Below are positions 1 through 13,170 of a DNA stretch of 64,000 nucleotides, one piece after another. The stretch's first letter is position 1. Each line of letters opens with the position of its first letter. The stretch spans positions 106,702,001 through 106,766,000 of the forward strand of contig NC_043000.1 of NCBI RefSeq assembly GCF_006345805.1, written 5' to 3'. This DNA comes from Octopus sinensis. Taxonomy: Eukaryota. The position numbers and the translations under genes are program-made. The notes under the pieces were generated by a model. That model ran no database searches and was not told where the DNA came from. It worked only from the letters and a program-made list of their open reading frames with translations.

Positions 1-189
1 ATAAATCAACAAACAAATTATTGCTGATGTATCTACCAAACTGATAATTTTTTCATTAGGTGCATGCAAAACAGTGAAAATATAAACAATAACATATCTA
101 TCCATTCTTAATATGTTCTGGCAGAGTTGAATGTGACTATACTGATTTCTAGTGTATTTTGCTATCAGAGAATGTCTCTTCCCTTATTT

Positions 190-356
190 TGAAATAATTA
201 TGCATTGTTTTATCGCTTTGAGATTTTGATGATGTCATTGTTTATTTGTACAATGACATTGTAGAATAGGAATGAGAGGCTAGATCTGGTCAGTTTCATC
301 ATAAAACAGGTACAATATTTGGGCCAGACGTGATTGTTTAAATGCTAAAGGGTTAA
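190..356 (-). mobile_element. piggyBac-type (TTAA) MITE, partial copy
   Basis: Ends CTAAAGGG|TTAA at 345-356. The reverse complement aligns along ~165 bp with the complete copy at 41677-41896. Confidence 0.7.
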
Positions 357-794
357 TAAACCTGTTTTAATTATGAGCAATGAAAATATTAGACTGTCTA
401 ATTATCTAATATTTAGATTGTGATATTAATTAGATATAATTTAGGAAATCATATTTAGATAGCTTACATAATGTAGTTATTAAATATTAAATTATCTGTC
501 ATTACTAGCATGTATTTTATCTATCCCTCTCTTTAACAAAGTATCTTATGCAAGATGTCAGAATTATTTTCTCCTTTGCAGGCTATTATCTAATTCCACT
601 TTGATAATTTTTTTTTTATATTTGATCTATGTTAATGCAGGCTACTACTAGTTTCCTTGGATTCTACTGTTTTCTTTTCACACTTATGTTACCATATTTC
701 TGTTGAAATATATTATTTCAATTAAGTTTTAAAATAATGAAGCATTTAGTAAAATAACTTTTGTCATTATTAAGCTAATATTTGGAACAAATTA

Positions 795-831
795 TACACA
801 CACATACACACACACATACACACACACACAT

Positions 832-908
<77 letters not shown>

Positions 909-913
909 TATAT
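795..913. repeat. (CA)n-(TA)n compound microsatellite
   Basis: Direct inspection. It is representative of dozens of similar tracts across the window. Confidence 0.95.
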
Positions 914-916
914 GGT

Positions 917-1220
917 GGAGGTGCAATGGCCCAGTGGTTAGCGCAGTGGACTCACAGTCGGAGGATTATGGTTTCGATTTCCAGACTAGACGTTGTGTGT
1001 ATTTATTGAGCGAAAACACCAACAAGCTCCACGAGGCTCTGGCAGGGGGTGGTGGTGACCCCTGTTGTACTCTTTCACCACAACTTTCTCTCACTCTCTC
1101 TTCCTGTTTCTTGAGTAACGCTGCGATGGACTGACGTCCTGTCCAGCTGGGGGGGAACACATACGCCACAGAAACCAGGAAACTGGGCCCATGAGCCTGG
1201 CTAGGCTTGAAAAGGGTGAC
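917..1220 (+). mobile_element. tRNA-derived SINE family C, tail type 1 (CTGCGATGGACTG..CCTGTCCAG, V-domain-like)
   Basis: tRNA-like head with A box (TGGCCCAGTGG) and B box (GTTTCGATTTC). Homologous to 20350-20634. Many CpG>TpG/CpA changes. Confidence 0.85.
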
Positions 1221-1371
1221 GTTTTTATCGTTTTATATATATATATGGAGAGGGAGAGAGAGAAAGAGAAAGAGTACCTATTGCAATAGAATCTTAAAGC
1301 AGCAGAAACATTTTTTATATGAATATACCATCTAGGTTTCATCATTGTTGCTACTGTTGTTAATTTGTCTG

Positions 1372-1672
1372 CATCGTTTTAAGTCTGATTTCCATGTTGG
1401 ATGGGTTGTCACAGTTAGACAATTCTTACTTGGAATTTGCTGCCCATTTAGGTGAGTCATATGTCTATGCCATTTTTGGCTTGCTTTTATATGGCTAAGT
1501 GCCCTTCCTTTCATCAACCACTTTACGAAGTATACAAGGTGCATTTTATGGTGCCAGCACTAGAGAGGTGGTCATGTCCTCAACAAGTTTAAAAAGACTT
1601 CTCAACCTCACTTTTTCTCCACCCTCCTATGAACCACACTCAAATGGTTGAGTGCATTTTATCATGGCACCA
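1372..1672 (-). mobile_element. degenerate family D retroposon
   Basis: Reverse complement resembles the 3' part of 5867-6341 (GTGGTTG..GGAAGGGC..CAACCCATCCAACATGGAAA). Confidence 0.5.
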
Positions 1673-1793
1673 GTTTTAATACCTAGAGTTTTAATTTAAA
1701 AAAGAAAACTAAAACAAAAAAGAAAACGACAAAAAAACTAGTAATAAATGTATGGTGAGGAAAGAGACTAACAATGGTGAATGTGATTTTCAT

Positions 1794-2161
1794 AGCTTAC
1801 AAACCACATGGTTCCAGGTTCAGTCCCACTGCGTGGCACCTTGGTAAAGTGTCTTCTGCTAAAGCCCCGGGCCGACCAAAAGCCTTGTGAGTGGATTTGG
1901 TAGATGGAAACTGAAAGAAGCCTGTCGTATATATGTGTATATATATATGTTTGTGTGTCTGTGTTTGTCCCCCCAACATCGCTTGACAACCAATGCTGGT
2001 GTGTTCACGTACCCGCAACTTAGCGGTTCGGTAAAAGAGACCGATAGAATAAGTACTAGGTTTACAAAGAATAAGTCCTGGGGTCAATTTGCTTGACTAA
2101 AGACAGTGCTCCAGCATGGCCACAGTCAAATGAATGAAACGAGTAAGAGAGTAAAAGAGTA
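1794..2161 (+). mobile_element. SINE family A (tRNA head + CORE-like GGCACCTTGGGCAAGTG + internal microsatellite)
   Basis: B box GGTTCAGTCCC, CORE-like block and (GTAAAAGA)n tail. More than 12 homologues in the window. Confidence 0.9.
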
Positions 2162-2806
2162 TGGGAGACAATTTTGGACGTGTTTTGGTTTATTCTGACC
2201 TGATCAGTGAAGCGTTGCCTTCAATTGTGTTTGCTGCAGTATTGATGAAAGAATGAATCAATAAATATACACACAAGATTATACATTTTTTGATGTAGTA
2301 AAAAATAGAATTGTTTTAAATATATAATTCAAAGGCATCGTCTTCAATGTTGTGTATGCTATTGACAGTGATTTTATTGAGATAAAAGATAGTATTGATA
2401 ACCATAACATGATTTGAATTTAAAATAAAGATGGTCGGAACTAAATTCTGTAATATATTTCATCCTGTGCTCAACCATTTCTGTCAACACAGCATCTGTA
2501 CAATTACTTAACTGCTAGAAATGGTACCTAAATCTTCAAATCATATCCTACTTTCTTTAAAAGTGGTGGTATTCCTTGGATAATGTAGTTCTAGATACAC
2601 TATCTTTGGAAATAAAACTGGATGATTAGTGTTTGAAACTGTTTTGATCATAGATCTGTTGGATGAGAGCTGAACTGGGAAAGAAGAACAAAAACAATAT
2701 ACTGCCCTACGCTGCCCTGAGCAATTTAAAAGTACAAGAAATGTGGTGCATTACTGTTCTTGAGAAGACCCACCCACCACAGCAGAACTGAGATCCAAAA
2801 AACTAA

Positions 2807-3148
2807 GGCGCTGTGTAAAAAGCATTGGTGTGGGTGTTGGTGTCATGTAAAATACACTAGTGATGGTGGCGTGTGAAAAGCACTGGTGATAGTGCCACAT
2901 AAAAAGCACTGGCAATAGTGCCATTTAGAAAGCACTGGTGATGGTGCCACATAAAAAGCACTGGTGATGGTGCCATGTAAAAGGCACTCAGTCCACTCTG
3001 TGGAGTGGTTGGCAATAGGAAGGGTATCCAGCCATGGAAACCAAGCCAAAATAGACTATGGAACCTGGTGTAGTCCTTGGCTTTCTCAATTCTTGTCAAT
3101 GCTAGCATGGAAAATGGACGCTAAATGTTATTGATGATGATGATGATG
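2807..3148 (+). mobile_element. family D retroposon with internal ~24-bp tandem repeats and (GAT)n tail
   Basis: Tandem GTGCCACATAAAAAGCACTGGTGATG units; 3' end AGCATGGAAAATGGACG..(GAT)n shared with 5867-6341. Confidence 0.75.
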
Positions 3149-3687
3149 TTCTTTTTGCTATATTAGATTTAAAGAATAGTTACTTGTAAGCACTTTATAG
3201 CTGTTATAGAAAACTTGGGTAAAAAGAAAAAAAAAAACAATATGTAAGAAATTTATGTTAAGGTTTTAAAGCTGTCCTAGGAAATATGAAAGAAAACTTT
3301 ATGTTAAGAGAGTTTTAATAAGTGTTATATTAAATATGCAAATCATTAAATTAAGTTGGTGATACTATCTGGTTGAATTTGCCTGAATTTACCTAACTTA
3401 ATCATGCAAGTCATCTTGATCTTACATAGCATTTGGGAGGTGAGCAGGACAACATTTTGGGTCCATCCTGAGATGGTTGATAAAAGCTTTTACTTTGTTA
3501 TAGACAGGCCCTGTGTAGCATAATTGGTTACCACATTCATTTGAGAAGCAATAGATATCTGGTTAAAATTCTGTTAATGCCCATTGCTCTCTTCTCTGTT
3601 ACAAAGTGGTTCTTATCCTATCTAATATCAAATATATTTTATGTTATTACATCGCTGTACTTTGAAGATTCAGTATTTTATACAGCT

Positions 3688-4145
3688 AAGATGGTGAGCT
3701 GTCAGAATTGTTAAGATGCTGGCCAAAATGCTGCTAAGCATTTTGTCCATCTTTATGTTCTGAGTTCAAATTCTGCCAAAGCTGACTTTGCCTTTCGTTC
3801 TATCAGGGTTGATAAAATAAGTACCTATTTCTTTACTACCCACAAGGGGCTAAACACAGAGAGGACAAACAAGGACAGACAAATGGATTAAGTCGATTAT
3901 ATCGACTCCAGTGCGTAACTGGTCCTTAATTTATCGACCCGAAAGGATGAAAGGCAAAGTCGACCTTGGCGGAATTTGAACTCAGAACGTAGTGGCAGAC
4001 GAAATACGGCTACGCATTTCGCCTGGCATGCTAACGTTTCTGCCAGCTCGCCGCCTTTAATAAAATAAGTACCAGTTGAGCACTAAGGTCAATGCAATCT
4101 TCTTACCCCCTCCCCCGAAATTGCTGGCGTTGTGCCAAAATTTGA
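3688..4145 (+). mobile_element. old SINE family B copy, interrupted by a younger inverted copy
   Basis: Head and body at 3688-3825; resumes at 4060-4145. Confidence 0.8.
3826..4059 (-). mobile_element. young full-length SINE family B
   Basis: GGCGGCGAGCTGGCAGAAACGTTAG head and GAGTTCAAATTCC B box. Flanked by the direct repeat ATAAAATAAGTACC (3812-3825 / 4060-4073). Confidence 0.9.
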
Positions 4146-4195
4146 ATTCAGTATTTTTTTCAGCTAATCAAATATTCTTCATCTTTTCTTTACAG

Positions 4196-4256
4196 ATTGA
4201 CTTCTAAGAAAGTAACCTATTCACTCCATGTTCGTAAAATTGGGGACACCTCATGA
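4196..4256 (+). CDS. candidate terminal coding exon (..LTSKKVTYSLHVRKIGDTS*) of an unidentified gene entering from the left
   Basis: Strong acceptor TTCTTCATCTTTTCTTTACAG. Followed by ~800 bp of repeat-free, AT-rich, 3'UTR-like sequence in a CpG-depleted zone. Reading frame is ambiguous (IDF* is an alternative). Confidence 0.3.
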
Positions 4257-5515
4257 CAATGAAGATGATTCTTGTCAATTTTCAAAGTATGATATATTCT
4301 TGACTGCTGCATTACATTCACATTGTTGTGTAAATATCGCTGATTAACTTCCATGAAATTTGAGTGCATTCATTTTCTTTTTTTTAACTGGTATTAATGC
4401 ACATTTTTACCAAATTCTTCCTTCTGATGGTGATTTGTGTACTGTTCTAAAACATAATTCAGTGTTTCTGAACTTCTTTACGGAACTATTCATTTTCACT
4501 TTTTTTTGCATACAAGATGAGGGTTTTATTGTTCACTATCACTGTATTATCATTTTCCTATTGTTTACTAAAGATAATGAAATGTAAAGGAAATTTATTA
4601 TGGAAATTAAATTACTTAAAGATTTTTATATTAATCAAGATTATTTGAAGATTTGTTAATGAACAGTATTAACAGAAAAATAACTTCCTGCTGAATGATA
4701 TTGCTTGAAGGTTTTTCTACAGACAAATTACAGATTACAGATTTGTTGATAAATAACAAAGGAAAATGATATTTAAAAGAGTTGAAATGTGTTTGTGAGC
4801 AATATTTATATCCTTTGATCTTGTTACTAAACAAAACTAACTTAAGAATTGTTTGACATGATCTTTGAATGTTTTGTCAATGAACCAAATCAGCCAAAAC
4901 CATTATCTTCAGATTTGTTGTTATATAACACTAACCAGAGATGTCTGGTGAATGATATTAAATTCATTGAAATTCATTTCTTGGTTTTAATTATTTTATC
5001 AAAAAAATCTCAAAAAGTTAAACATGAAACTTTCTGAGCTGTTTCATTATCCCTTTCTTGTTGTAATTGCCTTTTATATATTTAGTTGATATCCTCCTCC
5101 TCCTCCCCCAGCCTCTGCCCCAGCCTCCTCCTCCTCCCCTGCACCTCCTCCTCATCACTATAACCACCACCACCACCATCATAACTTAACATCCATCTAC
5201 CATGCTGAATTGTTTGTTTGCCATTAGAAAACACTTCCTCTCATTATATGATGTGTATTCATAACACACATGATCCACTGGTTCACCTATGTAAGAAGGG
5301 GACTTTGAGATATTGCAACTTACTCGACCCTATTGTGTATCTCCTCAGTTGAAGGTACCCGACTGGACTTACAACTCTCACAAGAGCATTAGCTCTTATT
5401 TATAGGAATCAGCAAGCAAATTATTTGCTGATGTATGCAGATGTCTGTCAAACAGATAAGAATTCATGTGATGCATGCAGAACTGAGAGATTTAAACATT
5501 AACATATCCTAATAA

Positions 5516-5627
5516 CAAACATGAATATCTGATCATTATTGTTTTATGCCACCTACAAAACATAGCCTAAAGGAAGGAGCTGTTCTCCAGGGGCCAAAAA
5601 ACAACAGTGATCAGATTTTCATGTTTG
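5516..5627. repeat. imperfect inverted repeat, ~30-bp arms
   Basis: CAAACATGAATATCTGATCATTATTGTTTT ... AAAACAACAGTGATCAGATTTTCATGTTTG. Confidence 0.8.
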
Positions 5628-5866
5628 AATCTGCCAGAACATATTAAAAATAAATAGATGTGTTGTATGTATAGATGTGTTGAAGATAACTATGGACAAC
5701 TGCCTCAAAACCTCCAGCTTTTATATCCAGATTACAAATTTACACTTATATCAATAATAATTGAAGCACTTGGGTCTGTAAGTAAATGCTTGACTGTCAG
5801 TCTGGATAAGCTTGGATCTTAAGAAAAAGAAATCAACCAACTGATTTGCACATTACAAACACAAAT

Positions 5867-6341
5867 CAAATTCGATGACAGCACCGCATGACTGGCATCC
5901 ATGCTAGAGAATCACTTAGAGCACCATCCAAGCATGATCGTTGCCAGTGCCGGTGGCACATAAAAAGCACCATTCGAGCGTGATCGTTACCATCGTCGCC
6001 TTACTGGCACTTGTGCTGGTGTTACATGAAAAACAACATTCGAGCGAGGGCGTTGCCAGTGCCACTGGACTAGCTCCTGTGCAGGTGACACGTAAAAACA
6101 CCATTTGAGCGTAGCCGTTGCCAGTACCGCCTGATTGGCCCTCGTGCATGTGGCACGTAAAAGCATCCACTACACTCTCGGAGTGGTTGGCGTTAGGAAG
6201 GGCGTCCAGCTGTAGAAACTCTGCCAGATCAGATTGGAGCCTGGTGCAGCCATCTGGCTCACCAGTCCCCAGTCAAACCATCCAACCCATGCCAGCATGG
6301 AAAGCGGACGTTAAACGATGATGATGATGATGATAATGATG
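5867..6341 (+). mobile_element. family D retroposon (RTE-like 3' end, (GAT)n tail)
   Basis: Internal tandem GGCACGTAAAAAGCACC repeats; GTGGTTGGCGTTAGGAAGGGC..CAGC; GCATGGAAAGCGGACGTTAAAC(GAT)n. Confidence 0.8.
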
Positions 6342-6607
6342 AAATACAATCTGTAAGTGGAACAGTAAAACTATGCAAGGCTTTTCTTCGGTTTAAAATG
6401 TAACATAGTTTTCGTTATCTACATTCCAAAGATGGAGGTTTGTATCTTCGTTAGAAACCAGCTCCTTCTTCAGAGGAAGAATTTGAATAATTAAAATCAG
6501 AAGAGACATACATTCATATGTATAATGTATTCACACATATACGGTCTGCATATGATATATGTATATGTGTATATATCATATATACTATAAACATCTCTCT
6601 CTCTCTC

Positions 6608-6684
<77 letters not shown>

Positions 6685-6818
6685 ATGTATATGTATATAT
6701 ATGTATGTATGCATATGTATATATATATATACACACACACACACATATATATATATACATTTATCTGTCTATCTATCTATCTCTCCCCTTCACTCTTTAT
6801 ATATATGTATGTGTGTGT

Positions 6819-6866
<48 letters not shown>

Positions 6867-7489
6867 GAAGGCGGACGTTAAACGATATACACATATCTAT
6901 CCTTATCGTTTAATTTTCTGAATTTTATACACTCACACACACGCACGCACGCGCACACACTGAAATTGTGAGGGCCTACATTCACAATTGATTTATCTTG
7001 AATTTCTAAAGATTGACTACTTATTCAATTCTGGTGAGTCTTGAACCCACATCTGGAGTCATGACAGGCATTATGTCATAGGATCAAACTTCTAAAATGG
7101 GTAAAGAAGTTTGAAAGATTGCTTTGGTCCAATGTTAGAATACCTGTCATATCTACTAGAGATCTGAGTTGGAGTTCCACGGGTAACCTTTGACTTTTTA
7201 TTTCCAAAATGGTTTTCAACACAATTTTTACTTGCTGTTATAGCTTTGTGTGCTTTGAGATCCACTGTTCCAAAAAAAAAGGAAGTATTTCATGTTCTTT
7301 TGAAAGTTTATGAATTCTTATGACGTCAATAATGTGTATGCATTTCGGTATGTGAACTCGAATCAGCAAATATTAAAATAACGTGCACATCATTTTTAAC
7401 ACTCTCGTGTACACACAAACGTGGATTGGCACTTGCTAAACGACATATTTTTGGGTGTTATATCTTTTTCAATGTTACATTTTTTTTTC

Positions 7490-8130
7490 GCTGCTGGTTA
7501 CTGAGGAGGCGTTATTATGCCGAAACCAGAATATGGCAGTTTGCGGACTCATTTGGAGCATGTGTTTAACGCACTAAATCTCTTAGGAGAAGTTGTCTGA
7601 AACAAAATCCAATAGTAAATGCCATTCTTTGTATGTACAAAGACGTAATTTAAATTATGTGCATTGCTAGGTGTTTTAACACCCGGCGCTCTGAGAGAGT
7701 ATTCTCCATCACGCCAATTCGCAGCTTACTAGCATATACACGAAAAAATATGCGTTAAATATATGTGGTTGTCAATGTTTATTACACTATCGCTACTTCT
7801 ATTTCATATTTGAATTTATTCTTACGTATGCATTGTCCAGGCATACCAGCGCATAATTTTCACACTATATGCATATGTCATGAACTGACGATATGATTTA
7901 TCACCGATCTGTTCGGGTATGTGATGTTGATAAGCCACAAAATGGCAAAATATTGATGTCCATCACTACTAGATGGGATCTGGGGCGAGTTATCTCGCCT
8001 GTCCATGACTTACAGGTGCTTTCACACCCGGTGCTTAGAGAGAGAGAGAGAGAGAGTATTCTCCACCACGCCAAATCGCAGCCTACCAGATAATTCACAT
8101 ATGCGTAAAGTATATGCGGTTGATAATGTG
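7490..8130 (+). mobile_element. decayed tandem element with ~110-bp direct repeats and hammerhead-like motifs
   Basis: Direct repeat 7669-7780 / 8014-8130. CTGAGGA-GGCGT/ATGCC-GAAAC at 7501, and a weaker CTGACGA motif at 7885. Confidence 0.45.
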
Positions 8131-8817
8131 TGTGGCACAGTGAATAAGCAAAACTTCAGATACTGGGCCGAGAACAACCCTCGTGAGTTGCATGAACGCC
8201 CTTTGCATTGTCCTCGGGTGACTGTATGGTGTGCTGTGGAAGAATTCGGTATGTAGGGTCTGTACTTCTTCGAAGAAGACAACGTTACAGTGACTGTGAA
8301 CTCTGATTGATATTGTGAGATGCTAGAGACTTTTCTCAGACCAAAATTGAATATGCTCCACGATATGGACAATGTTTGGTTTCAACAGGATGGAGTAACA
8401 GCCTACACTTCTCGACGTGCGATGGGGATTTTGAGGAATATGTTCCCTGGTCATTTGATCTCATTGCGTGGTGACATCGGTTGGCCCGCCCGTTCACCTG
8501 ATTTAAATCCGTGCGATTTTTTTCTCTGGGGATACCTCAAGTCAAAGGTATACATTAATCGCCCTCGATCTATTGAACAACTTAAAGATGCAATTCGTCA
8601 AGAAATTACTGCCATTCCACATGAAATGATCCGCCGAGTTATTGACAACTATCGTGAACGCCTTCGACAGTGTGTGGACAATAATGGATCCCATTTGACT
8701 GATTTAATTTTTAAAACGTAATGAAACAAAATGGCATTATATGTACTTTTTTGTTTCTTTACTTCATTTGCCTTTTATTTAACCTACAAATGTGTCAGAT
8801 CATTTTGCCTGACCCTG
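8130..8817 (+). mobile_element. Tc1/mariner DD41D (rosa/Visitor-type) transposon, 3' half, pseudogenised
   Basis: VNKQNFRYW..VTVWC..WFQQDG..WPARSPDLNPCDFFLWGYLKSKVY, with 41 residues between the 2nd and 3rd Asp. Two in-frame stops. Right end ACCCTG|TA at 8812-8819. Confidence 0.92.
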
Positions 8818-8857
8818 TATATGAAACAGTATCGGCGCAAAGCAGTCTTTGATATAA

Positions 8858-9189
8858 GCGAACTTTATGTTAGTTAAAATGTTTTTGTGACATAGTTCAA
8901 CTTCTTAAGGCAAATACACTGCAGTTATCGCGGAGGAAAAATATCTCCCTGATGATAAAAGGTGTAAAAACATTATATCAGTCCAGTGTTGCTCTCTGTC
9001 GAATTCCCAGACGCTGCGTTTCTAGCTATTTAGCCATTTGTATTTCCCATCGATAACGGCTAAAGATCTAGAAAGGCAGCGTCTGAGAATACAACAGGGA
9101 GAAACGCTGGACAGCTTATACTAAAGGAGATAATTTTTCCCTTTAGAAGCTGAAATATATCACAAACGTATCTTAACTCACCTAAAGTT

Positions 9190-9192
<3 letters not shown>
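8858..9192. repeat. 335-bp fold-back (palindromic) element abutting (TA)n
   Basis: Outer arms GCGAACTTTA..TAAAGTTCGC. Inner arms GTCCAGTGTT..CAGACGCTGCGTTTCTAG / CTAGAAAGGCAGCGTCTG..AACGCTGGAC. Confidence 0.85.
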
Positions 9193-9221
<29 letters not shown>

Positions 9222-9226
<5 letters not shown>

Positions 9227-9435
9227 ATAATAAATATTAGGGAATAAATCCAAATTTACAGGGAAAAAATCAGATTTAGGATTAAATCCAATTTTATAGT
9301 AAAATATTATATAATATTAATTCGAGACAAAACCACTATTTTGCAAAACAAACAAGGAAAGACTTAATCAATACATAAAAATTTTAATATAAAGTAAATA
9401 AACCGCCACTACAATTGTTTCATGTCTTCAAGCAG
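9222..9435 (-). mobile_element. short pLTR-like element ending in (TA)n with a truncated hammerhead remnant
   Basis: Minus strand TTGAAGA-CAT-GAAACAATTGTA-GTGGC at 9404-9435: palindromic stem III present, stem II lost. Confidence 0.4.
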
Positions 9436-9936
9436 TTTGGATGATGTGGCTGTGATCGTATTCGGTTAGGCATATGTGAATGAAAATTAAGTTCAGACCT
9501 GTACATGGTAGCTATACCTGGTAGAAATAGCAGGCAAATCTCCCTCGAAACACCCTACTGTCTTAATCCGACAATTCTGCCTATTATGTAGTTTGAATGA
9601 GAAACTTTAACTAAAGATTATGATTATTAACCCCACAAAGAGGTGAGAGAAGAGAGTGAAGCTTTTGGCTGACTGTTATCCTGTACTTGTCTTGTTGCTA
9701 GCGAAATAGTATATGACAACTGTGTGAGCAACTGGTTGTTTTAATGCCGGAACAAACGGGAATTCCATTAGAAAAGTTTTAATCGATTTTCTCAATAAGT
9801 ATGGATGCTAGGAAAAAATACAAACCGCATTCCAATCTATGCACCCGTCTCCACATGTGTGCCATATTTCAGGCGAATCTACCCAGCCATTTGGCTATGA
9901 ACCTCAAGACAAGAAAGAATACAACGATCGCCCATG

Positions 9937-9979
<43 letters not shown>

Positions 9980-10060
9980 AGATAACATATGTTTCGACCA
10001 AAGACTTGTCTAACTTAATAGCACCACCTGACAGAATAAACACACACACACACATATATA

Positions 10061-10463
<403 letters not shown>

Positions 10464-11257
10464 GTATATAAATTTAAAGATAGACATTAAGTACATATAA
10501 AATTAAAAATACACTTTAAGTACAGGACATCACCAGCGAGAGAAAAGTACGTAAACACACGAGATAAGTACAGGATAAATGCAAAAAATACACATTAAAT
10601 ACAGGACATCACCAACGAGTGAAAAATGTAGGATAAAATATCAAAGGAAATCTAACTCCTCCTCAGTTGTTGACTAGTTATTATTACCTGTTTCCAGCTT
10701 TCAACGACAAGACAGGAAAACTTCATAAGATATCAGTATCCAGAAATGTTTAAAATATAAAATTTATGAAGAGCTAGGGTTTCGAACGAACAAGCGACAC
10801 CAGAATGAACGTACAGAGTAAACAATCGACGAAGACAGGTATTAAGGGCCGTTAGGCCAAGACGAATTGTCATGGGTAACGCCTGGGAGAAATTTTGAAA
10901 GGATATAGGATAAATAGAAGAGAAAAATAGTAGGAGAGAAAAAATACTTGAAGAGAAAAAATATCGAGAAGCGAGAGAAATTACGTCCAGCTGACTAGAC
11001 GTCTCATCCAAAAAAGACAGAGAGACGGGAAAAATGGCTGGTAGTCAGGTGTGATCAACAAGCGGGGGGGGGATAAGAGAGAGGAGAAGAGAAAGAAACG
11101 AAGGGAGTGAGGAAAAGGGAGAAGCAAAGAAAGATGACAGGTGACAGCAAAGAAGGAGGGGAAGAAAAAGAAATATAAAGGATTATCGAGGGATAGAGAG
11201 AAACAAATAAGAGGCAGGGAACAGAGTGTAGAGTCACAGGCTAAAGAAGCAATAGCG

Positions 11258-11578
11258 ATCATAGGATGGCGGTTTCGATTCCCAGACCCTGCGTTGTGAG
11301 TGTTTATTGAGCGAAAACACCTAAAGCTCCACGAGGCTCCGGCAGGAGGTGGTGGCGAACCCTGCTGTACTCTTTCACCACAACTTTCACTCTTTCTTCC
11401 TTCTGTTGTACCTGTATTTCAATGGGACATCCTTGTCACGCTGAATCTCCCCGAGAACTACGTTAAGGGTACACGTGGCTGTGGAGTGCTCAGCCACTTG
11501 CACGTTAATTTCACGAGCAGGCTGTTCTGTTGATCGGTTGAACTGGAACCCTCGTCGTCGTAACCAACGGAGTGCCAC
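11258..11578 (+). mobile_element. SINE family C, tail type 2, 5'-truncated
   Basis: Homologous to 57318-57705; ends CGTCGTAACCAACGGAGTGCCAC. Confidence 0.85.
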
Positions 11579-11984
11579 GATTCTCTCGCACTGCTTTCTA
11601 CTATCATTTTCCCTTTCTTTTATCGATCTTTTTTCATCCCCCAACTTTCACCTTCAAAGACGTCACGCGTACTCGTTCTCTTTCTTTTTATGCTTACATT
11701 AGTATAAACTTGGAAATAGATAAACCTGTACTGAAAAACACATCAAATTCTCTACTGTTATTTACAAAGATACATGAAATTAAATTTTTGGATGATTGAT
11801 CTTGTATTATACGTAGAGAAAAAATGTTTTACTGCGTTATAGATGCAAACAAAACGGATGCACATATATTTTTCTTCTAACATTGCAGATTGTTTGTTCA
11901 ATATCATTTTCCATAATACGTGTATTAGTTCAACATACATCTACAGATGCAATACTTGGATACATCGTCAGTGTTGTATTTTGG

Positions 11985-12037
11985 GGTTGCTGGTTGTTGT
12001 TTCGGGTCTTACAAAATATACCTTCATTCAGGCAACC
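11985..12037 (-). ncRNA. degenerate type I hammerhead-like motif
   Basis: GGTTGC-CTGAATGA-AGGT..ACCC-GAAAC..-GCAACC. Perfect 6-bp stem I, but stem III and the cleavage triplet are not intact. Confidence 0.4.
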
Positions 12038-12909
12038 TTACCTAGGTTGGTCCAGCCTAGGTTTGAGACAAGGCGGAATTTTTTCTGGCTTCATTGTTCA
12101 CAACCTCCTCTTTTCAATTAGAATTATTTACACGCTTTCTCAACTGACTCTTTGTTGCTCTTGAGGGATCTTCTGTTCATAATGTCCAGCTTCGGCCGGC
12201 TTACCTTCATCCGACTGTTTAGACATTCACCTCCACCTCCACACGCACGTCATAAATTTATATTTATTGTGAAATGCTTTTAGTTTTGAAATTAAGTCTA
12301 TCTAGTTAGGCTGGAGTTTTCATTTTGGAATGGAGCGGTAAATTCCAGAACGCATTTAAAATTAATTTTCACCGAATATTACGAAACGAAACATAATAAA
12401 TTACATAATAATCATTAATATTTTATTATCCCAAATTGCTTTCTTTTGGTGAGGATGTGGTTCTTTATTAGAAATATTACAGCTAATTTTAAAGACTCTT
12501 ATGTCCCATAACTGAAACTATTTTTTAAAATCTTCTTTTATTGAGAATATCACTAATGAATTTAATGACTCATGTTTTAAACGTTGAATAATCATTCGAC
12601 GTTTTTAAGGTAAAAGTAATTTATGGAATGGAATTCTTACGTGTCACAAATACCTCCGTCAAATAAAATAATTTAGTTTGTTTGTGTGTGTTTGTGTGTG
12701 TGTGTGTTTTGTGTATGTAGATACATATATTAGAATATGTATATATATATATATATATATAATATGTGTATATGTATATAAGTACTCATGTTTACACACA
12801 CACCATCACACACTAATGTGTGTGTGTGTGTGTGTGTCGGTGTGGGATCCGGGATTACGATTGCGGAGGCGCAAAATGGAGATAAAATGCAATTAGTGGG
12901 ATAATTGCC

Positions 12910-13170
<261 letters not shown>

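Noticed and set aside
6400-6480. CTGAAGA...GAAA on the minus strand; similar partial motifs at 14058, 15740 and 32359
   Set aside because: A stem II can be drawn, but GAAA or the cleavage triplet is misplaced or missing.
10733-11262. Minus-strand hydrophobic ORFs
   Set aside because: They are the antisense of a purine-rich low-complexity stretch, probably repeat-derived, with no diagnostic motif.
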